Source: Macrostomum lignano
Taxonomy: Eukaryota
DNA length: 64,000 nt
Direction of reading: 5' to 3'
NCBI GenBank assembly: GCA_002269645.1
Contig: NIVC01002143.1
Span: 42,687-106,686, forward strand
Shown here: piece after piece, positions 51,848 to 64,000 of the stretch
How positions within the stretch are numbered: position 1 is the stretch's first letter
Layout of the letters: every line of letters begins with the position of its first letter
Made by a program: the position numbers and the translations under genes
Notes under the pieces: model-generated
Databases searched by the model: none
What the model was told of the DNA's origin: nothing
What the model saw: only the letters and a program-made list of their open reading frames with translations

Positions 51848-54600
51848 GGACTGCAACTGACTGTTTACTGTTGAAGTGCTTTTTATAGCCCGAATCCCAA
51901 CTGCATATTGCTCTAACTTAAAAATGTGCACCCAGTTTTTAGAAATAGGATATTGCTTTATTTTCACACTGCAGTACCGGACATCCCTCACAAATCAGGT
52001 CGGTTATTTTTAGAAACAGGAGAACCCCGAAAATTCATATCGAATCAGACCGGCTATTTTTAGAAACAGGAGAAGCCCCAAAATCCAATCAGGCCGTCTA
52101 TTTTTAGAAACAGGAGAAGCCGGAGAATCCATATCGAAACAGACCGGCTATTTTTAGAAACAGGAAAATTCCTGAAATCTGTTACAAATCAGGCTGGTTA
52201 TTTATAGAAACATGGAAAGCTCGGGAATCCCCGACGAATCGGGCTGGTCATATTTCGAAACAGGAGCAGCCCAGGAATTCCTCACGATTCCATATCAATA
52301 AAAAATCCAAAAAAATATTCTATTGTTTCGAATCTTCCCTTCCAGCGTACTTTTTCCGACCCTATTTTTATTTGCTGCTGTGAAAGTCGAATTTCTGCGC
52401 ATTATTGTTTAGTTATTTATCAAATTGATATTTTTGCATCCAACCATTAATTCTACTTACAATAAGAGACAGCACATTTAGCTAGCTTATTTTTTGTGTG
52501 TATTTTTTATTAACATGCGCCATTATACCTTAATATATATGAACTTTAATATTATCTAACAACTTTTTTCAGTTGTAATTTATGTTGCGTCGCTTCTATA
52601 CACCTGCTTAGCAATACATAATTAATATTTATTCTTTGTGCAAACCCTTCAATTAATCTTAACAAATTAATATTCTACTAAACAGGCCTATCATATGCGC
52701 AACAGTCCCTCTTCCAGTACTAATTAAAAAACTGAATTTTCATTTTATTTGAACTACTTAAAATGAACGTTCATTGCGATGTATATGTACCAATTTACAA
52801 AAATATTTGACAAGATAAAATGCACTGTCTGCATGCTAACTGTTGATCAGTAGTGGCATAAGTTGTTAAACTTTACATTATTACTCTTCGTAAATGTGTG
52901 ATGAAAAATTACACGAACTTATGCTATGATTTTTTCCACAGGACAGATGAATGTAAAAAATTATTACAACTTTTTTGCTACTCCTTGCCGCCCACTTTAA
53001 ATTGTTCTTATTATAAACAAACTAAATTCACATTTGCAGCTCTACAATATTTAAGAAAAACAGCTCTACAATGTTCGTACTTTAAATTTTTATCTGCTGC
53101 TTTTACACAATTAGTCTTGATCATTTTTTCTTTAGCACCATGGACACTTAAAAGAACAAAAAATGTTAATAAACCTTGAGAAATATCTATTTAACAACAG
53201 TGCAATGTAATGTTCAAATTTATCACCTGGAAAGCTCTGGAAAATAAGCAACTCTAGAATAAAGTTGTGAGTTAAAAAATTTAAAATAAGTCAGTTATTG
53301 ACCAATATCCCCGTTTGTATAATATGCATGCGTCCATCTACAATACATGTACGTACATAACAGTACATTGTACGTGTGCTGTACCGTCAGTGTTTTGAGA
53401 TAGTACATCAGCGCTTCATGACGAAAATTTCTGCTTCTATGCATCATCAAAAATTTTTATTTAGTCTTGAGTAAATACTGGCTCGATACCGCGGTTCCTT
53501 TAACGACCTTGTTCGTTCTCCCCTGTTTAAAAATTAACGAGTGAAAATAAACAATCTCGTGATTAATTATTGAAACTATTTGTGTTCAATGCTACTTCTA
53601 ATACGAGCGCTAAAATGCAGTGCTATGAGCTTGTTGTTTTAAGACCGGGAACTTTCTAAGATTTGGGTTTTAAGGATCGTTACTTAAATCGACGACGTCG
53701 AACGCATGTAGAGTTACAAATTTAAATTGTTTTCCGCGTCGTGATTTAACAAAAGTAAAGACGTAGTAAATATGAAAATTACTAAATAGCAATAAAAAAT
53801 GTAAAAAATAAAAAAGAATCAAATTTAAACTAAAAAATGTACATTAATATTTTTATTACGTCTTTAAAGAGTGCATCGAATATTTTGTTGTTCCTAGAGC
53901 TTTTCAATTCTGATTTTCGTCAGGTTTTTTGGTTCAAAACAGCGCCATCTCATCATGCTTTTGAATTGAGTAGCATCGTTAGATAAATTCTTTGTGTGAA
54001 TTTTTTAACTTTAATACATTGCAAAATATGATAGCTACGTTACACTGGCTGTAAATAGTCCGTCCGTAAAAGTATTTAACTTTTTCTTTTTCAGCCATTC
54101 CATTTACTGTTTTACAGTGACAGACAGTAAAAGTAAATAAAAGTTCGAAAGAGAAAGCTGACACTATGATCTCATCATCTCAACAATCATGGCCATTAAA
54201 AGAAGTTAGGCCTAAAATAACTGATATGTTTATATTTCTTTAACCTGCCTTGAAACAAAATTGAAACAGTGACATTTAACAGTTATTGAATTTTTTATTT
54301 TCATTATTTTCATTCATTCCATATTTTCATTCCAATATTCTACAGAATTTCATTCCATATTTCTACACAGGTACAAAAATATTTTTATTGTAATATTATG
54401 TATAACTTGTATCGTATAATTTTGTTGTCTATAGTTTTTTAATATTATATTTTTTATTTATTGAGAAAAACCATTAACATATTCTAGCACTTATTATACA
54501 GGTTGACTAAAAGCCTAAAAACTCAAATTTACAGCTCTCGCTGTATTGACTGACCAGAAAGCAGAAAGCAGTTTTTTTATAAACAGAAGATTTCTCAAGC

Positions 54601-55094
54601 ATGAGCAAGGCCTTGCTTATTCTTATAGCGTTAGCAGGTGAGAGTGAATATTGTTCGGTTCGGACCGATTTTTTTCGCTGGAACTTATCACAGAATATTT
54701 TCCTCTGCAGCCTCCCTGCTCACCGCCGACGCTCTCAACTGCTATGCTTGCTCAAGATGCAGCGCTTCCTTTAAAAAATCGCAACAGGCCGTGCTCTCAG
54801 ACTGCACCCACTGTGCTGTGAGTTTTTGCGACAGACACGATTTGCAACTCGTTAAAAGTTAAATATCAACAACCATCAGCTTCTCTTGACTTGCAGCGTA
54901 CAATTTACAAAGATAGCTCCACTGTCAGCCGGTACTGCGCCAGCTTCTGTGTATCGGGCACCGACTCCTTTGGCAACAGCGTCGATTGCTGCAACAACAA
55001 AAGCTACTGCAACTCTACCAGCCAACTCGGTGGCTTCCGCCTGACAACTCTGCTTTCGGGCTTTGTTCTCGCCGTCTTCTGCTCCCGGCTGTGA
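54601..55094 (+). CDS. Ly6/uPAR three-finger GPI-anchored protein, copy 1. Exons 54601-54637, 54711-54817, 54897-55094
   Basis: Signal peptide MSKALLILIALAASLLTADA; ten cysteines in LNCYACSRC...DCTHC...YCASFC...CCNNKSYCN; hydrophobic GPI-type tail. The signal/phase-1/phase-0 exon layout is typical of the family. Confidence 0.85.
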
Positions 55095-55103
55095 GCCGGC
55101 TAT

Positions 55104-55521
55104 GATTGCTGCTTGAGTAGCCTTACAGCATCTGTGCTCACTGTGTGACTGCTGCTTGAGTAGCCTTACAGCATCTGTGCTCACTGTGTGATTGTTGCTT
55201 GAGTAGCCTTACAGCATCTGTGCTCACTGTGTGATTGCTGCTTGAGTAGCCTTACAGCATCTGTATTCACTGTGTGACTGCTGCTTGAGTAGCCTTACAG
55301 CATCTGTGCTCACTGTGTGATTGCTGCTTGAGTAGCCTTACAGCATCTGTATTCACTGTGTGACTGCTGCTTGAGTAGCCTTACAGCATCTGTGCTCACT
55401 GTGTGATTGCTGCTTGAGTAGCCTAACAGCATCTGTGCTCACTGTGTGTTTGCTGCTTGAGTAGCCTTACAGCATCTGTGCTGACTGTGATTGCTGCTTG
55501 AGTAGCCTTACAGCATCTGTG
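55104..55521 (+). repeat. 41-43-bp tandem repeat (ctgctgcttgagtagccttacagcatctgtgctcactgtgtga) just 3' of Ly6 copy 1
   Basis: About ten copies; its reverse complement forms the array at 56458-56880. Confidence 0.95.
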
Positions 55522-56457
55522 CCAACTTTAGTAATCAACCTTTTAATCAACGAAGTATTCGAGCTCAGATTTGAGAACAGTTTCCAACTACCCAAATTTT
55601 GATTGTCTCGCCGTATAAATCTTTTTAAGCACTGCATTTTTAACAGACATTGCACGTACCTCGTCGACATGGTGATTTGCATGTATCAGCAGATTTCAAC
55701 AAAAAAATACATGTGTACATGTGTACTCGAATAAATATTGGTTCCTACTCGCTTAAACTGGCCTAATAATTTTTTGGTCATTCAATGATTCTCTTTACCT
55801 TCAGTTAATGATTCCAATGGCATATAAGAATTCCATGATGCGCCTTGACCTCCAAGGTCTACTGTAATACATTTTGCACTTATTTCGATTTTTTGCATCA
55901 AATAAAATTCGAACTGTAAAAGTCAGAACATACTACTAACTGAATAACGGTCAAAACAGTGTTATGGATTTGTTCATTGTAAACTACGTTGGTTTTCAAA
56001 TAAAATGTTGATGAATATTCTGACCTTACAGGCTTGTTGAAAGTGCACAATGGCTTCCTGGTGTACTGGTTAATTTCGACTAAGAAATTCATGCATTCGT
56101 GACTTTTTCGTTGAACAATCAAGAAGACATTTGCAATAATTTAAACCTAACAATATTTGCTTTCAGTGGCCAGTGGCAAGTAAAAGTTCCCAGGTATTGT
56201 TGCAGCTGCTGAATGGAAGCCAACGGAATCTTAGATGAAACATTTTTAATCGATTTATTCTCGTACACACGCAAACCAAGCACTGTCAGATGCATTTCAA
56301 TTCCCCTTTAATGGTTCTTAGCGCTAAAGTACTGAAAATTGCTGACAAATTTCATAAATATATTTGTATTCGAATTGCAGGCACAAAAAATGAACAGTTT
56401 AAAATCTCTGTTTGAAGGCGCAAAATGCAGAATCAAAAAAGGTCGCAGAGTGGGGGT

Positions 56458-56880
56458 TGCTCAAGCAGCAATCACAGTGAGCACAGATGCTGTAAGGCTA
56501 CTCAAGCAGCAATCACAGTGAGCACAAATGCTGTAAGGCTACTCAAGCAGCAATCACACAGTGAGCACAGATGCTGTAAGGCTACTCAAGCAGCAGTCAC
56601 ACAGTGAGCACAGATGCTGTAAAGCTACTCAAGCAGCAATCACAGTGAGCACAGATGCTCAAGGCTACTCAAGCAGCAATCACACAGTGAGCACAGATGC
56701 TGTAAGGCTACTCAAGCAGCAGTCACACAGTGAGCACAGATGCTGTAAGGCTACTCAAGCAGCAATCACAGTGAGCACAGATGCTGTAAGGCTACTCAAG
56801 CAGCAATCACAGTGAGCACAGATGCTGTAAGGCTACTCAAGCAGCAATCACAGATGCTTTAAGGCTACTCAAGCAGCATT
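56458..56880 (-). repeat. Inverted copy of the 41-43-bp repeat, just 3' of Ly6 copy 2
   Basis: Tandem units tcacagtgagcacagatgctgtaaggctactcaagcagca. Confidence 0.95.
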
Positions 56881-56883
56881 GGT

Positions 56884-57407
56884 TCACAGCTGGGAGCAGA
56901 AGACAGCAAGAGCAGCGAGCAGCAGCAGCAGCAGCAGCAGGCAGGAGCTGCGCAGCAGTCCAGTTGAATTGCAGTAGTCTTTGTTGCTGCAGCAGTAAAT
57001 TCTGTTTCCAGACGTGTCGGTGCCTGAGACACACATGCTGGCACAAATCCTACTGACAGAGTCGCTGTCAGCGTATTTATACTTCTGCGGGAAAAAATAT
57101 CGCATTATAACGTACTTGATTACTAGATTAACAGGTACGATTCCCTCTGCCATCAGTCCAGAATTTGTGCTGAACTCACCGCGCACAGTGAGCAGCCTGA
57201 TTCCTCGTAGACATATTTTTTCTCGAGGTTGTCGCTACATTTCGAACAAGTGTAGCACTTTCTAGCGTCAGTGGCGAGTATGGAAGCTTAATGAGGTGGT
57301 AATTTTTGAATGTCATTGATTACTATACAATTGCTGATAATATTCTCAATCATATTAGTTACTGATTAGTTACCTCCGAGCGCAAGAAGAAGCAGGGCTC
57401 TGCTCAT
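56884..57407 (-). CDS. Ly6/uPAR three-finger GPI-anchored protein, copy 2. Exons 57407-57374, 57286-57180, 57084-56884
   Basis: Translation MSRALLLLALG|ASILATDARKCYTCSKC...GCSLCA|KYKYADSDSVSRICASMCVSGTDTSGNRIYCCSNKDYCNSTG...LLLLLLLAALAVFCSQL*. The middle exon is 107 nt, the same length as in copy 1. Confidence 0.85.
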
Positions 57408-58097
57408 ACTGAAAGTAGAAATTAATTAAAATTAGGATTTTTACTTTTTAGAAGCAGAGTATAATACTGTAGCGTACAAATGTTATAATGAATATAAACT
57501 AACAATAGAATGCTTAATTCAAATATTAAAAAAATCATATCAAAACCACAAAGCTATGTTCTTTGAATTTTTCTAGAAATATTTAAGGAGATAAAAAAAT
57601 GGTATACAAAACTGCTTAAAATAAATATTAGCTGGTTAATGCGAAGTACTCGTAGATGTCGATTACTATAGATTTCTTTGAACGAGTTTTAACTTAAGGT
57701 AATCTTTTGTATTTTTTTATTAATTATCCAGTAACTTTATGAAATAAAGTTAAATAATATTTACATAATATTAATGTCTTTTTAATGTTTATAATGATGA
57801 TTATCTGCCTGACCCATTCAATATACATACACATTTTTAAATTATGAATAACTCATGCATCATTGCATACCTTCTTTTGTTTTCCTCTGACTTGAAAAAA
57901 AGTAAATATTTTATAAAACTGAGTTGAAACGCACCGGGTACAACAATTGATACAATACAACGCAAACAGATTCTTATTAACTTGTTATCTGAAATTTGAC
58001 AAAAACAATATTTTTAAATAATGTTTTCTGCACTACGCTCAACCTGTCTACTTTAATAACGTACAGCTGTTTCTTTTGTTTTATTGCGCATCACACC

Positions 58098-58360
<263 letters not shown>

Positions 58361-59007
58361 TCTTAACGTAAAAAGCAAGTGACATGCTTTTAGAAACTCC
58401 GAAGGCGAAGCTCCGAATTTTTCGCACAGGTCCGACGTGCCTACTTTTAAATATATGGTTTTTAGATAATTTCTATACAGTGCCTCAATGGAATTTTATA
58501 GCATTACGACCAAGGATCGCTGGTCCTTGAATACGACTCGTAGTCAAGCTAGCTGTGTCAGGTTGCCATTACGATCGCTATTATTAAATGAAATATCTAC
58601 GCTCTCTAAGAAGATTTGAGTGCCGCATTACTGCATGAATTAAATTAAACAATATTAACTTCAAAACTGTTGTACATGTGAGTGCAGTACGAGAATATTT
58701 GCACATTTTTGTTTACAATTATAATTATTTTCTTGCTTCATACATAGCCTTAACGAAAGCAGTGAAAAAAGTGCGAATCTGTGTAGACTAAATATAGCTC
58801 GAGTATATATCCGTCTAGCCTTTACCGAGATTGTTTATAAAGTCTACTGTGAATCCAGTTGATGGGTTCATTATTATACGTACCCTTGCATGTACATGTA
58901 CATGTACATGTATAATTGCCAGTACTGGATGTCAGCTACTGGTACTACGAGATGAGTGCGCACGTACATATAAATCGGCCTCAAATACAGGTTTTACAGA
59001 TGACCAA

Positions 59008-63599
<4,592 letters not shown>

Positions 63600-63811
63600 C
63601 TGTGAGCGGGCTGCAGTCTCTGCGCTCTCCCTCTACCCTTTATATACAGTAGCTGGCTGCAGATACGCGAATTTCCTGTATTTGTGCTACTGCTGACAGT
63701 AGTGAAAATTGAGCATTACTTTAAAATTTTGGTTGGAAATACAAAAAATCTGGATCTGCTTCATCGTATTTCTCAAAGCCTGTCCATTGCATACATGCAG
63801 TGGTATATCTC

Positions 63812-64000
63812 TCAGTGTATGTCTCTCAATGTGTGTCTCTCATTGTGTGTCTCTCAGTGTGTGTCTCTCAGTGTGTGTCTCTCAGTGTGTGTCTCTCAGT
63901 GTGTGTCTCTCAGCGTGTGTGTGTCTCTCAGTGTGTGTCTCTCAGTGTGTGTCTCTCAGCGTGTGTGTGTCTTTCAGTGTGTGTCTCTCAGTGTGTATCT
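63812..64000. repeat. ~14-bp repeat (gtgtgtgtctctca), runs off the window end
   Basis: Tandem copies. Confidence 0.9.

Noticed and set aside
55104-56880. Regularly spaced repeats as a possible CRISPR array
   Set aside because: Units are head to tail with no unique spacers, there are no cas genes, and the context is eukaryotic; the same applies to all other arrays.

Overview
Eukaryotic, intron-rich animal genomic DNA with GC-rich exons, AT-rich intergenic DNA, GT-AG introns and a private minisatellite in most introns. This style is consistent with a flatworm such as Macrostomum, but that is inference only. From left to right: (1) the 3' five exons of AVL9 (+, 648-4653); (2) three tandem paralogous genes (+; 8571-15721, 16668-22045, 22992-30087). 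Each encodes an unassigned ~100-aa helical N-terminal domain, a variable-number 10-aa Ser/Ala/Thr repeat linker and 3-4 tandem six-bladed NHL-like beta-propellers. All 18 reconstructed introns are phase 2, and the paralogues show module loss, intron loss and patchwork gene conversion. This cluster is the best candidate for an undescribed system. (3) A 17-exon spectrin-repeat plus six I-set Ig muscle-type gene with a Gly/Ser keratin-like tail (+, 33728-51847). (4) A tail-to-tail inverted pair of GPI-anchored Ly6/uPAR three-finger genes (54601-55094 +, 56884-57407 -). (5) A divergent atypical PKC gene (-, 59008-63599) with two apparent 1-nt frameshifts. Mobile DNA comprises tRNA-derived SINEs (one split by a 9-bp-TSD MITE), two copies of an 8-bp-TSD MITE and a hAT-like end. 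All exon boundaries were read by eye from GT/AG sites and frame continuity; no database search was run.
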